The position numbers and the translations under genes were made by a program. The notes under the pieces are model-generated. The model searched no databases. It had not been told where the DNA came from and worked only from the letters and a program-made list of their open reading frames with translations. Shown here one piece after another: positions 40,201 through 52,950 of a stretch of DNA of 64,000 bases. The stretch spans positions 124,001 through 188,000 of the forward strand of contig NW_020844815.1 in assembly GCF_003704095.1 (NCBI RefSeq), given 5' to 3'. How positions within the stretch are numbered: position 1 is the first letter of the stretch; each line of letters opens with the position of its first letter. This stretch comes from Pocillopora damicornis (taxonomy: Eukaryota).

Positions 40201-41246
40201 CTACTGAAGAGAGCTATGGAAAATATTTGGCTCAGGTAAAGACAAGAAACTTCAGAAACAGTTTTAAGTGTATAATGATTTCCCACCCTCACTGTTAACA
40301 TTCAAACTGTCCTGACGTCGTTTTACTGAAATAAGGATTACGCCTGTTGCTCTCATCCACCAAATGAAAGTACTTTTTCTAAAGCAGAAGATGAGCGGAG
40401 AGGTTCCACCCAGAACCACCCCTCCCTCTCCGGCTTGTAACAATTTAGCCTCACGAATTCGCGTATTCATTCAAGGGTAAATAATTACTCTTTTTTCGCC
40501 ATAACAGGAGGGTTTCTGCCACTTTAAAAATACGACAACAGGGGCTAAGCTGGATTTTTACATGAACATCACCAAAGGGAATAAGCACGAGCTGAAGCAG
40601 GCCATTGCCATTTATGGTCCTGTCAGTATCCTTATCAACACTCAGCCAAAGACTTTTAAATTCTATGGATCAGGAATTTATTATGACCCAGACTGCAGTG
40701 AGTAACTTATTCGTAATTTGATTTGTAGGCTGCGTGGAGGTTCTCCAACCCTTTAATTTCTAAGAGTGACTAGCATCTAATTTCTCCTTACAATATGACC
40801 CCTGAATCAAATTAAACACTAAGGCCACATTAAGGAAATAATCACCACCTAAAGAAGCTCTTGATTGTTTGAGAAAAACTCCCAGACATCACCTAAGGAG
40901 GTGTGTGGAGAACAGTATGGAGAATATGTATACTGATGTTGGGGTACAAAATGTTGAAGGGTTTTGTTTATGAGGTACGATTCAAGCGAGCCGGTTAAAG
41001 GGGCTCACACCAGCTGGGTGCTCTTTCAATTTAATGAGTCTCTTTTTCTCCTCGTTCTCAGCTCATGCATTGGATCACGCGGCCTTAGCTGTCGGATATG
41101 GAGTGGAAAAGGGTGAACCTTATTGGCTGATTAAGAATTCTTGGTCAAAAGCTTGGGGAGATGAGGGATATATCAAGATAGCCATGAAAAACGACAATTG
41201 TGGTGTTCTGCAAAAGGCTGTCGTGGTCAAGATCAGAGAAGATTAA
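34300..41246 (+). CDS. Papain-family (C1A) cathepsin L-like cysteine protease, 26/29-kDa proteinase / counting-factor-associated protein D type
   Basis: Exons approx. 34300-34393, 35125-~35204, ~35321/35338-35456, 35806-35981, 36512-36752, 37546-38014, 38862-39067, 39503-39594, 40074-40235, 40508-40697, 41062-41246. N-domain LSLPYGDIVEPFEAWY..SRIDYYNGMDRT, RYEMMGYDTLLASYYDHY; I29 propeptide (ERFNIN-like EHESRKDIYRHNLRFI..N); catalytic SQGICGSCY, LSEQQLIDCSWGFGNRGCKGG, LDHAALAVGYG, YWLIKNSW. The first two exons and the exon 2/3 junction are less certain. Confidence 0.9.
36940..37195. repeat. Dispersed repeat, inverted relative to 27865-28125
   Basis: Shared aaagcgcgggaaaacgcaggcgaccaagtc..ttttagttttgcatctgattggttgagaaa. 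Confidence 0.7.
40746..40960. mobile_element. Second TTAA/CCC-ended MITE family, degenerate copy
   Basis: agagtgactagcatctaatttctccttacaatat..cctgaatcaaa..gagaacagtatggagaat; similar to 48992-49188 and 15253-15360. Confidence 0.65.
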
Positions 41247-44200
41247 ACTTGAGGAATAGGTGTTCAGCATGAGTCAACATAGCTAGGGAGGGACTGGTCA
41301 TTATTGTCTCCTAGGGGAGGGGAGAGCGGAGGATTTTGGTCATGTCATGATAAAATTTACCTGATTCCCCTGAAGGTTCTATACCGTTATGATACCCCCT
41401 TCCTCATTGGCAGTTAAGTGGCGATTCCTCCCCCCTTTCAAAAAAAAAAAATCTTCCCCCCAGGCGATAAAAATAACTTGTTCTCTAGCAAATGTTAGCA
41501 CTTATACTCAAGACTGATAATTTTTCATATCTCCTTTGAACACAACCGTAATTTTTTGTTTTTTTGTTTTGAAGCACCTTCCGAAGCCGAGGGTCTCAAT
41601 AAGGAGATGGCTTGAACAGCTAACGGTTAAAACTTTGGCCATTTTATGCTTAATGGCTAACCCAAATGACACAAATTGACACATTGTTGAATTGAAAAAT
41701 TTTTACGGTTAATTTTTTTTATGACTAACGATCAAAATTTGTCAAATTTACGCCTGAGCGCTATTTTTGTTTGGCCGTTTAAGGGCTAATGGTTAACCCC
41801 AGTAAGACCCTCGCAGCTGCTGAGTAGGTAATATTTCGGATCGCTTTCGAAGCGTACTCTACATTCGAGGACCAGAAATTTTCCTATAAGCTGTATCGAA
41901 AGCTCGGTATAGCTGTATCGTTAAGTAAATTGAACGTTTTGCATTCGTTGAGCGGTTGCATCGCAGTAGGGCTGTTCGTGGCATAGTCATATTTCATTCG
42001 TAGCTTAGTCGTATAAAATTCGTAGCTTAGTCGTACTACATTCGTACAACAGGGCCGAATCACCTAAGCTAAGTAGTCTTATTTTTCTCGACACGTAGTT
42101 TAACTAGTTTTGTTACGAAGTCTTACGACATTCATTTTAGCTTGAGGTCGCTCTATATTCATAGAAGTCGTCTTACATTTGTATTGTTCAAAATTTCCAA
42201 AATACTCGTATAACTAGCTTGTAAAGCTTCTCTTTTTTTTTTTTTTTTTTTTTTCAAAATCTGCTACATTCGTTAATGTGGACAAGCTGTTCAGTGCTAC
42301 ATTGGGAAATGCACGTTCTGTCTTTTATTTTCGTTTTCACTTTCAGATGTGTTTTTTAAAGTAGATGCCATAAAGTAAGCTTCAATATTATGAACATGAA
42401 CTGTTTATAAAGCATAGCTTTTGTAGTCATTGTTTACTTTTTTTTTTTGTACGCCATGTATATACAGAAACTAACTGACCGCCCGATTGAGGGGCCTGAA
42501 TTAATTGGGAATGTACCGTTAATACACCACTTATATGAAGTTATAAACCTAAAAATAAATATTGAATTAAACTTTGTATGAAATGTTGCACATTGTCACA
42601 TTTTTGGGGTATTTACGCGCTCTGCTCCCGCCGATCCAAATGCCCGAGTGATATTCTTCCTTATGATCACAGAGCGCTCTGCGCCATGGCTTGTCATGGT
42701 CTTGTTTTTTTAATCTTCAAGACACGTTTTTTAGCATCTTTTCTGTTTCTCCTACAAGGAGTGCTTCTCGGTTGAGCTTCTAGAAATTCCTTGTTTGTAT
42801 TTATAAAAAGGAGAAATCCTATCAGTAAAAGTTTTCCCAAGGAATTTTTGTCTTACTACGAAAAAATAATGTCACAGACATGACAGATGTCTCGCCTCGG
42901 AAAATTTTAGCAACATTAATCTTTACTACCTGGATGAACACATAGTTTTACCATAAACAATTATTTAGTGCCAAACATGTCGCCTTTATTCCTGAAGGAA
43001 GCAAAATGCGCTGTTGAACGAGAAGTTTTCTAGAGCCTTTATCTTTATATGAACCGACTGAAGGACAGGAAAGTGAGACACTATCCAAGTCTGCAGAAGA
43101 GTGAGTTTGATGCTACGACCCTTTATCACGAATAAAAAACATTTTCCATGCATAATACTTGTCAATGTTTATTGTTAACTGTGTAGGACGTTGGCGATAG
43201 CGCATAGAATAAAATTGACTACTACTGGTTTTTTAAGAGAATTTCATGTATCAAATCTTTACGAGATAATTTAACTTTCATTAAATTAGCATCCAGATCA
43301 TAGAGAAAGATGTTGTTAACAAACATAATGCAATTATGTTTAAAACTTAGGTTTTCAATGGAGAGGGGACGGGTACATGCGCACTGAAGAACGAGGAGTT
43401 CAACAACTCGTGTACAAGTTACATTTGATCACGAAAACTGCGTTTATACGAGTTACCTGAGGAACATCTGAAGGTCAGGGAACAATGCCTCAGTAATTCT
43501 GTGTTTCTTGTTCACACATGTATAACAAAAGAAAACACGTAGTCCAAAAAAATTTCTCTTGGTAGAGAAGGTTTGCGAGAATTCGCAATTTGATTTTGTC
43601 CATCTTCGTTTGAAATGGGAAAGTTAGTGAAAATTATGCTGTTAAAGAAAACTAATTTAAAAAAACATGAATGTGTTTGTTCTATTGTTGTTAAACGGCC
43701 AGGAACCCATTGAAAAACAATAAAAAATTATCCTCTGTCCTGAATGGCCCCGCCCGCGATTTTATTGAAAAGCAAGAAACATAGAAAAATTATCGTATAG
43801 GGACCATACGCAATAACAAGAGCAGGGCTGGGAAAAGCCACGCGACTCTGCAAGATAAGAACTGACAAAAAGTTAGGAAGAAAGAGGATGAGCGGCGGTC
43901 TTATGATAAAATGCTTATTGCCTGAGATAAATAGTAATACTCCCAGTAACTTCATGCTAAGGACACTGGGGTAAGCTGCGACTGTTTGGGCCACTTGGCT
44001 CGACTTCAGACTCAACTACCATAACCTACCATGGCTTGCCATATTATGTGCCAAATTATTTCCCGTGCCAGTTATTATATAGTATTTACTTTCCTGGGTA
44101 AAACGTTGCATTGTTCAGTCTTGTAACATTATGCTTTATGTTATTATGCTATTATGTCCAAGCGCTCAGTTGCTGCGGATAAAATTGTCTTTAGTCTTAA

Positions 44201-44274
44201 ATGAAGTACCAATCGATAGCTTTGTAACCGTGGTCTTCATGACGTTCTCGTCATATTCGCAAAATAGCATAAAC

Positions 44275-47200
44275 ATGGCAGAGGAAAGGTAACAAGATGG
44301 AAATATCAGACATTTAAACCTGATTATTTCATACTTCAAGTAAATAACTTTACTGTACTCTCTTTTTTTTCCACAGTGGTGGGTCTAGCTGGTGGGGAAC
44401 ATGGAGCTCTGCCACAGAATTATTATCTACTGTTCGAAACAAGGTACGTGCGTGTCGTATTAAATTTGTTTGTGACGTTTTTTGTCGAAATTGGAACAAT
44501 TCATCTGTGTATTCGCCTCTTAAAGGTGAAATTTTAAAGAGTTATCGATCTTCCAGATTTCAGAGCTTTCAACTTCATCAAAATTGAATTAATGAAAACT
44601 TGAATTCCTCTGTGGATGTGTTCACAATGGCTGAATTGAGTTTAACATATTGAAGATGCATATTGGCGATTAAAGAGTAGTAACATTTGAGGTGGTTGCT
44701 GTTGTGGGAAATGGTTTGACCATGAAATGTTTAAGGAAAGCATCTACTTAATGGCCCGACATAGAGACCCAGTGAGAGAAATCCACGTGAAACGAGGAGG
44801 GTAATAATATGTGCAGATTGGCAGATTTGATCTTTAAAAAGCTTGTGGATTTTGCCCCCGCCCCGACTCCTACTAAAACGCAGGGTGGATTCACTGATTT
44901 GAAAAATATTCTGAATCATGCTTGCATAGGAAATAGTAGTCAAAAAGGTCCTTACACGAATGGATTTTGATCCATGTATGTTTTTTTTTTTAAATTGGAA
45001 GCATTAAATATATACAAGGTTTTGCATGTTTTGATAAAATTGTGTGGTTTGGGTATCTGCACCCCCAGTCAGAAGGCCTATTTTTCTGGTTTGGAAGAGT
45101 TGACTATAAATTGTTTCATTGGAATGGGAGTCAGCATAACTGTATAGCATAGACCTTTACATTTCCCTTTGGCCAAGCAGGAAAAGCGAGAGTTTATGCT
45201 AAGGACTTGAGGGTGCCCCTCTGTTCTCTAATCTTTTTTTTTTCCCTATTTGCCTTTGCACGACCCTCTCCACAACCCTTTCCATGACCCCCCTTCCACC
45301 ACCTTTTCATGCCATAGCTAAAGGAAAAGGTAGAGGGCTTAATAAAGAAAATAATAAAGAATAATAATAAAGAAATTAATTAATAATAATAAAGAAAAAC
45401 ATACATAAATGCACACAGTCATGGAATTTGTACCAGCTTTTCAGTAGTATGGATACCAATTTGAATAAAAGTAATGTTGGATCTTCTAATTTAAATCCTC
45501 TTCGGATTTGTAAATGCATAATCACCTTCCCTTCCATCCCCTCCTTCCCCCTACACCCAACCCTTATGAGGATTAATTTTATTTTCACAAAGTCTTTTTT
45601 ACTGGGCTCTCAATTCTAACCTAGAAAGTTGATATGTTCAAACAATGATTTAATCTTGAGGTGATTGCTAATTACTTAAATGAAAGCTATTGATTGAAAA
45701 GCTCTTTGTTTTTTCTTTAACAGTCTGCAGAGGCTATGACAATGGTGAAACAAGATCTCGCTGAGTTTGTCAGCACTGTTCAGCATGACACATCAGCTGT
45801 GGTGGCTGATACAGCTAATGCTGTTAAAGAAAGTCTCAAGGTACTAGCATATTAATTAAAAAACTCTGTCCATTTCATCTAATGTACTGGTCAATGCAAG
45901 AGGTGGGAGGGAGGAATTCTGTTCTCTAGCTGAAAGAGCCTTGTGTCCCCAAACTGAGTATAGTTTTTCAGATCTTGAAACTTAATTAAACAGGGTATAC
46001 AATTTCACTATTTATAGCCTCTGAAACAGTGGCTCTCTTGACGTAGTGGGGTGTGAACCTGGAGGATGTACAATCCACATGTGTGATAGTATTGTTTTGA
46101 AATCTAATTGGATGAGTATTCTAAATGTGGTTAGATCTCACAATTGTTCTATCCAGGAAAACTAAAAGATGTCTCCATTGTGAATGATTGAGTATTAAAT
46201 ACTTTTCTCAAGAAGGGAGCTTTCCTGATGAACTTACTCAGGAGTGAGTTATTCAAAATAGTAGGCAAACACACACATAAATAACTCAGAATGGTTCTTT
46301 TATGTCTTCTTTTCATACTTAATGACCAGGTAGATGAAGAGGAAGAACAAGATGGCACTTCAGCTCGTTTAAAACAAGGTATAAATTTTAAAAAATAACT
46401 ATGTCACTGCACTTTTAAAGCATTACAGGAATTTTTCTGTGTTTACATCCTTTCAACCAAACACACCCATAACCAAGGAGAACATCTCAGTTATTTTGTA
46501 GCATTTGTTAGAGTAACATTGATCACTGGTTAGTATGATTGCCAAAACACTGATTTCAATTCACTCACCCTTCAGGTGTGTCCAAATTTCTTGGATCCCT
46601 GTCTACCAGCTTGAGAGACAACATCTCTCACGTTGCCACTGCAGCAGCAGCAGTCACATCTGATGGTCCTGAGCCAGTTTTCGATAAAAAGCAGGTAGAG
46701 CAAGTTTACAGTTGATATAATTATCTTCTATGAGCAAAGTCATTATGCTGTACATGTCAAATTTCATTTTTTTAGCTCATTGTTGTCATTTTATTTCAAA
46801 GGCACGCCTTCATGAAATTCAAACAGACCCAGCTACATTTTGCTCAGAACCAAATGGTATGTACCAGAGAAAAAAGATATAATTGTTTTTCTTGCAACCT
46901 TCCTTTTCAGTAAAGAAATTTGGTAAGGAGAGTATTTCGTGGCATTTGTTCAACCTCTCTGGAGAAACATATGAGTTATTGACCAAGTATGAAGTCAATA
47001 TAGGTGGATATTGGCTGAGTTCTTTTTTGCCCTTTTTATGGACTGAGACCATGCAGGGGTTCTTTTTTGCCCTTTTTATGGACTGAGACCATGCAGGGGT
47101 CCATAAAAATGCAAAAAGAGATTGGTCAATGAAGGATTTATTATATAGCAAAAGATTTTGCTGTAATAACAATCAAGAATGGCTTGTTTATTTCAAGAGC

Positions 47201-50200
47201 TGGGAATGAAACCCAACTGTGTTTGTAGCACTTGACTGCCTTCTGCTGCTTTTTGCAACTTCATCAACATATTTTCCAAAAGTTACACACTCTGTGAGTC
47301 TGCCCAATGTACTTTTTTGTTGCTTGGGATAAAGTGAGCAATCCCAGGTGGGCAAGATATGCCCATCTTGTTTGCTTGGGTAGCTAATCAGAACACAGGA
47401 TTCACTTCATATTGCCCTCGGGCTCTGCCAGCTACATAAAAGAACACAGACATATGCCAGGTAGTAAGTGAAATAGTTCAACTTTTGTTCTGAATCCTTT
47501 AAATTTCAAAAGAACCTTCTAATTTATTTTTAACATTCTCTTTTAATTACTAACAATGTAGAACTAAAGTTATTGGGGAAAATGTTCATAGTTGAAAAAA
47601 ACATTTTATTCACAATATTAGCAAGCTTAAAAATGGAAAACAGAACACAAAATACCAACAAAAAATCCCAAGAAACTAAAAAGATATGGGTTCCCTGTGC
47701 CAGGATTGGAACTTCAGTTGGGACTGCTTTTGCATGGTTGGATGCTCTTCCTACTAAGCTGAAGAAAATGGACTGCTATCTAGATTAATCAAATTTTTAA
47801 ACATTTTTTTCATTTTACATCTAGTTGTAGGGTTTATGTGCTTGATTTTCTTTCAAACCTTCAGTCATCTGAGACTCCATACCTTCTTTAAAATCTTGAT
47901 TTACATAAATTTGAAGTTAAAAAAATTACATTATTATTTCATCAGGTCATTTAGGGATGTTTGAAGAATGGTGTAAAACATTTGACCCTGATGAACACAA
48001 AGGAGAAATCTCTGAGCTGTTGGTCAATGTCCCAGAGATCAGAGCGCTGTATGCTAAATTGGTATGTGAGATTTTTTTAGATTGAGATCCTGAAAATGTA
48101 AATGATGAATAAACAAATGAATAATTGATAAAATAAATAAACAAATAAATAAATGAGTAATCAAATTAATAATAAATTTAGTGCAGAAATAGATTGGCAA
48201 ACAAATAGATAAAGTGGTTAATGACTTTCTATCTAATGGAACACCCAAGACTGATTTTATGGGTTCATTTATAGAAATGGATGAAATTGGAGTAACTCCT
48301 GTTGTTGGTGGAATGATGTACACAATATTCAGGTTTTGCTAGGGAACAAATTTTGCCAAAAATCAGTAGGGTACCTTGGGATTGGGAGACACTTAGCCAT
48401 GCAAGATAAAAATGTTGTTTTTCACATGCTAAAAGCCAATTAACTTTAAACAAAAAAGTTAAGTTTCTTGCACACAAAACCTTGAAAAAAGCATTGATTT
48501 CCTCACTACAACCTTTATTCCCAAACAATCATCAGGAGAAATTTGTACTATCCTCTCAAAGTTCTTCAATTTCTTATTGAAAATTTTCTTCCTCTCCAGG
48601 TGCCAAGTGCTGTCACCCATGTTCTTTTTTGGCAAAGGTATTTCTACAAAGTACATCAACTTCAGCAGGTATGGTTCTCACTATTTGAAGTAGGAATATG
48701 TTACTTAATAGAAGTGTTATGCAACTCATGTAACATTGCTTTGGTTTTACGAAATAAGACATCCAAACTTGTGCTGGAATGGAAACTGGTTTTGTGCATT
48801 AAAAACTGTCACTGGCTGGTGAATTCTCTGACTAATTGCTTTATAAGGTCTCACCTTGAAACTGGAATGGCAAGCTTTTATGCTTGCTTGTTCTCAAAAT
48901 GGTGAGATAGATTTTGTCTGGGTTTTTCACACGCAAAAGCTCTTGTATTCAATGCTTTTGTGTGCTGTCAACACCAGAAACATGCATTGTCTTACACCCT
49001 TTAACCCCTGAGAGTTACCAACATTTAATTTTTACCTACAATATCAGCCCTGAATCAAACGTGAAGGTCATTAGAATGAAGGAAATGATCAACAAATAGA
49101 GAATCTCTTGATTGTTAAACAAGTTCTCCTTGTCAGCACCTTAGGAAATGTTTAAAGAACACTTTGATGTTCGTGTGTAAAGGGTTAACCCTTTTACCAT
49201 CAATGTCCAGAGATCAATTCACAACTCTGTCTGTTATGGATGTTGTATAATGTTTAGCTCTAAGTATTTTGGTGTTATCTCAAACAATATCCTTTTGTTT
49301 ACATGTTCCTTTCTTCTCAAGACCTTTTTGTTATGAAATGTATCAATGTTATCGGTATAAGGAGAAATTCCATACTGTACCAGTCAAAATAATTTATTTA
49401 TTGTTTATCAGGAAGAAAAGAAGAGAGCTGCACTTGTTGCAAGGGCAAACCAAGCAGATGATGAGGATCTAGGTTGGGGAGATGAAGATGAAGGTATTTT
49501 ATCAATTTATTTTTCCTTGTTTGTATTTTAAGTTTTAGCCACACCTACACCTTTCATTTCTTATAGTGATTGTTTTCATTCTGCGTAACTGAAATCAAAC
49601 ACATCAATTTAGTTTTGAAGCAATTATCAAAGCATTTGTTGTAGTAATTTGGTTCTAGAGACTTTCTTGACTTAGGCCAATTGAGCTCTCACCTTGAAAC
49701 CAGAATACCAAGCTGATATGTTTGTGTTTGTTCTCAAACTGGTGAGATAGAGTATTTCTGGGCTTTTCACACACTGAACTTTTGTTCATTTTGTGTTCAT
49801 GTGTGTAGTAAACACCAGAAACATGATTTCTTACAAATTATATTTTGTATACTGTTTTGCACTTGAGATAAGGTTAGCGAATTTTATTGTTAAGTTTTCT
49901 CTAGATTATTTTTATAGGTTTCTTAAAAATTTCAGTTACCGTAAAAACCCGCAGATAAGCCGCACCCGCAGATGAGTCGCGCCCTGAATTTAGCAGCTAA
50001 AATTTTGGAAAAAAAGTTTTTTGAAAGAAATCAAAAGAAATCCAAAGTCGAGTCTTAAGAAGTTTTCTTCATCCACTGTTCATCGAACATAAACTCACTA
50101 TTAGCATTGCAACGGAAACGCTTCCCCAATTTCTGGCGATAATTTTTTGGAAAAAAAGGTGCGGCTTATCTGCGGGTTTTTACGTTAGCTAACTTGTGTG

Positions 50201-52950
50201 AGGATGGGGGAGTAGGAAGGGTAGGGAAGGGCAGACACTTTATGCCGACCCCACCCACCGTATTCAAGCCCCACTCCACAAAGTGCGCCCTACTATTACT
50301 AACTCCATCTTGGAAAATGTTGTTTCTCGTCTCAGATTACAGTTTTATTTCTTTTTAGATTTGTGGGATTTAGATGAGCCCCCAGTGGAAATTCAACCCA
50401 CAACTAAACTTGAACGCAACAGAGACCCCCTCCCTGATGAAAATCCTTTAAGAAATGCGACACAAGAACCTGCGAAGGCTGAGAAGTCCGGTGAAATCAC
50501 AGCTAATAGTAAAGAGCAAATGAACCTGTCTGGTGCTGTAGTGGAGGAACTAGAGGGAACTGTTACCACGTCCTCGCCTCGAAGTGAGAAACTGAGTGAA
50601 GAGAAAAGTTTAGGGCTGGAGGTTAAACAAAGGCCACAAGAAATTGCTATTCACAAATCAGAGGAAGTACCTCCACAAAAAACTGAACAGACTGAACCAA
50701 CTCAACCAAATAATCAAGATATATCTAACGATCAACACGAACTGGCTTCTTCAGAGCCGTCAGGAGCACAGCCTGAAGGTATAGCAAACGGCAAAACAGC
50801 TGATGATGCGCGTCAAACAACTTTACACAAACGTGATAACAGCAGCGGCTCTGGTGACAGTTCGTGGTCAAAAATTAGTTATGAAGACCTTAAGACTGAT
50901 GGAGATAAAGGAGGTACATGTAATAACCTGTTACTTATGATCATAGGAAAAGGCACTGTTTTGATTCAAGAATTAATTCCATGTCATGTCACCCATTTTT
51001 ACATTACACTGCCTTGGGGATACGGTGCTCGCGTTTAACAAGCATTGAGACTGAAAAAGGTCGAGAGCAACTGCCCATTTTTTTCCTTAACATTGCTTTG
51101 TGCTCATGGAAAAGTGTGGAAATTTTTCTGCATAATATTTTAGAAAGTGTGAAATTAAGATAAAGTCTGGGAAAAATGGAAAGATAGTTTTAAAACTCTT
51201 CGTAGGTAATCTTAAAGTATGATTGTCCGGGTTACTCAGTTCAACAAATATTGCTTCAGTCTTTATAAGATTCATTTGATCAGTTGGAAATTAATTGCTT
51301 ATTATGACGCATTTTGACTTGGGAAGTGTTCTTTAGTTGTGACTGGTCTGTTTTTCTCTAGCGGTAAAGGTACAGCTGTAGACCGTTTAGTTTGGTTCGT
51401 TGATCTTGTCAATATGCTGTTGATATCTTTTGAGAGGGGAGAGGAATCATTTTTAACTTAGTAAACCAGCTTTTCAGAGTCAGACGTTTGAAATATTGTG
51501 GCTGTAGAATTTGACCGGTCTAAGGTATTCTTTTCTCTTCTCAGCTGATACCAAAGAAACTGGAGCCGGGTCTGGGAAGAGCTCCATCTCCTCTGGCAGT
51601 GGGGTACTGGTGCCCAATGTGGATGACAAAGATGTGGATTGGGACGATGGCGATGATGATTTGGATTTTAACGAGGAGATGTCCGAAGAGGAAGTCAAAA
51701 GAATAATGGAAAGTATGGCTAATAAGAAACAAACTGCTGCTGATGATGGTGCTGCGGATCTTGATGTGAGTCAATGGTTTAAAATAGGTCTTATAAAAGT
51801 AAAAAAACAACACCACTATTGATTTTCTCAGGCGTTTCCTCATTTATGTGCAGAGAAAATTTGAAATGTTTACCATTGTAAAGAAAAAGGTTATTCATTA
51901 TGGGAGTAAGTTTTCTTATTTCGGCTCAAGAAGAGACCCACATAAAAGATTACCTCAACTAGGCTTTTACCCAGTTTACATTTTGAACAACTCCAGTTTG
52001 TTGGAAAACGCTTTGGTTTTTATTTCTCATTGGGGAGGAAGACATGTTATGCAAGATAGTTCGATCACAGAACAGTTTTCAGTGGTTTCCAAAGAAATTT
52101 GGTGCTTTGGAATTTGTGTCAGAAAACTCGCGCCACCCTCAACCAATTAGTTTTCAAACTTAACCGATTCGTTATTTCGTCACTCGCGTTTTTGCGCCGG
52201 CTTTCAAGGAAGTTTGCCTGATTTTACTTTTGATGTGTGTGTGTGTGTTTTTTCTGCCTCTAAATTCTGAATGGCCGAGGCTGCTAACGTTTTGGCTAAT
52301 TTTNNNNNNNNNNNNNNNNNNNNNNNNNNNNNNNNNNNNNNNNNNNNNNNNNNNNNNNNNNNNNNNNNNNNNNNNNNNNNNNNNNNNNNNNNNNNNNNNN
52401 NNNCTTCCCTCCTACTTTATTATAAAGCACCCCCCTCGATTAACCGCCCTCCTCCTGATAAGCGCTCCTCCTTTCAGCTGAAATTTTAACTAAGCGCCAG
52501 GCGCTTATTCGAGGAAATACGGCACGTACAGTTTCACTCCCATACCACAGCGACCATCTGCTTGACATGGTTACTTTCCATCATGACGTGCTTCATGGTT
52601 TGTCTGTTTTTTTTTTTCTTTTGGTAAAATAATAAAAAACGTTGACACTGGCTAAACTGAAAATATTGTTCTGGATGTTTCGGCCTCTACTGTTGCCTTC
52701 TTCAGCAAATATGAAAATACAAATGCCTAACGGCGTCCTGCCTGGTATATGTCCACGATGGATAAAACTAAATCTCGAAGGATTTTTCTAAGTGTAACAA
52801 TAGTCTCTAAAAGTTCTTAATGTGATTGTATATGTATATTTTTAATGTTATTGTATATGTTTGGTAGCGTTGTGTTCGTCCCCTCCCTTGTCAGTGCTTC
52901 ATGGTTGATTTATATATTATTTTACGCCTCTACGAAAGGAGGTGGGGTGA
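44275..52950 (+). CDS. BSDC1: BSD domain-containing protein 1
   Basis: Exons 44275-44288, 44377-44443, 45724-45840, 46330-46378, 46576-46694, 46802-46856, 47946-48061, 48600-48668, 49412-49493, 50359-50913, 51545-51765; last exon tentative (52939-52950). Motifs SWWGTW..KSAEAMTMVKQDLAEFVSTVQHDT, ARLHEIQTDPATFCSEPNG, KGEISELLVNVPEIRALYAKLVPSAVTHVLFWQRYFYKVHQLQQEE, acidic C-terminus. Confidence 0.9.
48848..48985 (+). ncRNA. Putative H/ACA box snoRNA, copy 1 (degenerate H box), BSDC1 intron 8
   Basis: Hairpin TCTCACC..GGTGAGA, hinge, hairpin TCTGG..CCAGA, ACA at 48980-48982. Paralogous to 49687-49826. Confidence 0.55.
48992..49188. mobile_element. Second TTAA/CCC-ended MITE family copy
   Basis: accctttaacccctgagag...gtgtaaagggttaa. 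Confidence 0.7.
49687..49826 (+). ncRNA. Putative H/ACA box snoRNA, copy 2, BSDC1 intron 9
   Basis: Two hairpins with internal pockets. H box AGAGTA (49749-49754) is 14 nt after upper stem 1; ACA (49821-49823) is 15 nt after upper stem 2; 140 nt total. Confidence 0.65.
49939..50185. mobile_element. TA-flanked MITE (Tc1/mariner-pogo-like ends)
   Basis: TA-CCGTAAAAACCCGCAGATAAGCCGCACC ... GGTGCGGCTTATCTGCGGGTTTTTACGT-TA (28-bp TIR, one terminal mismatch). A related right end (..cttattcgaggaaatacgg) lies at ~52500-52522. Confidence 0.8.
52601..52893 (-). mobile_element. Retro-insertion with hammerhead-like motif, A-rich tail and 13-bp TSD
   Basis: GTGCTTCATGGTT at 52588-52600 and 52894-52906; T-run at the left end; minus strand 52710-52668 reads tttgCTGAAGAaggcaacagtagaggcCGAAAcatc-cagaa. 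Confidence 0.6.

Noticed and set aside
41880-42210. CRISPR-like array
   Set aside because: Eukaryotic context, no regular repeat-spacer periodicity and no cas genes.
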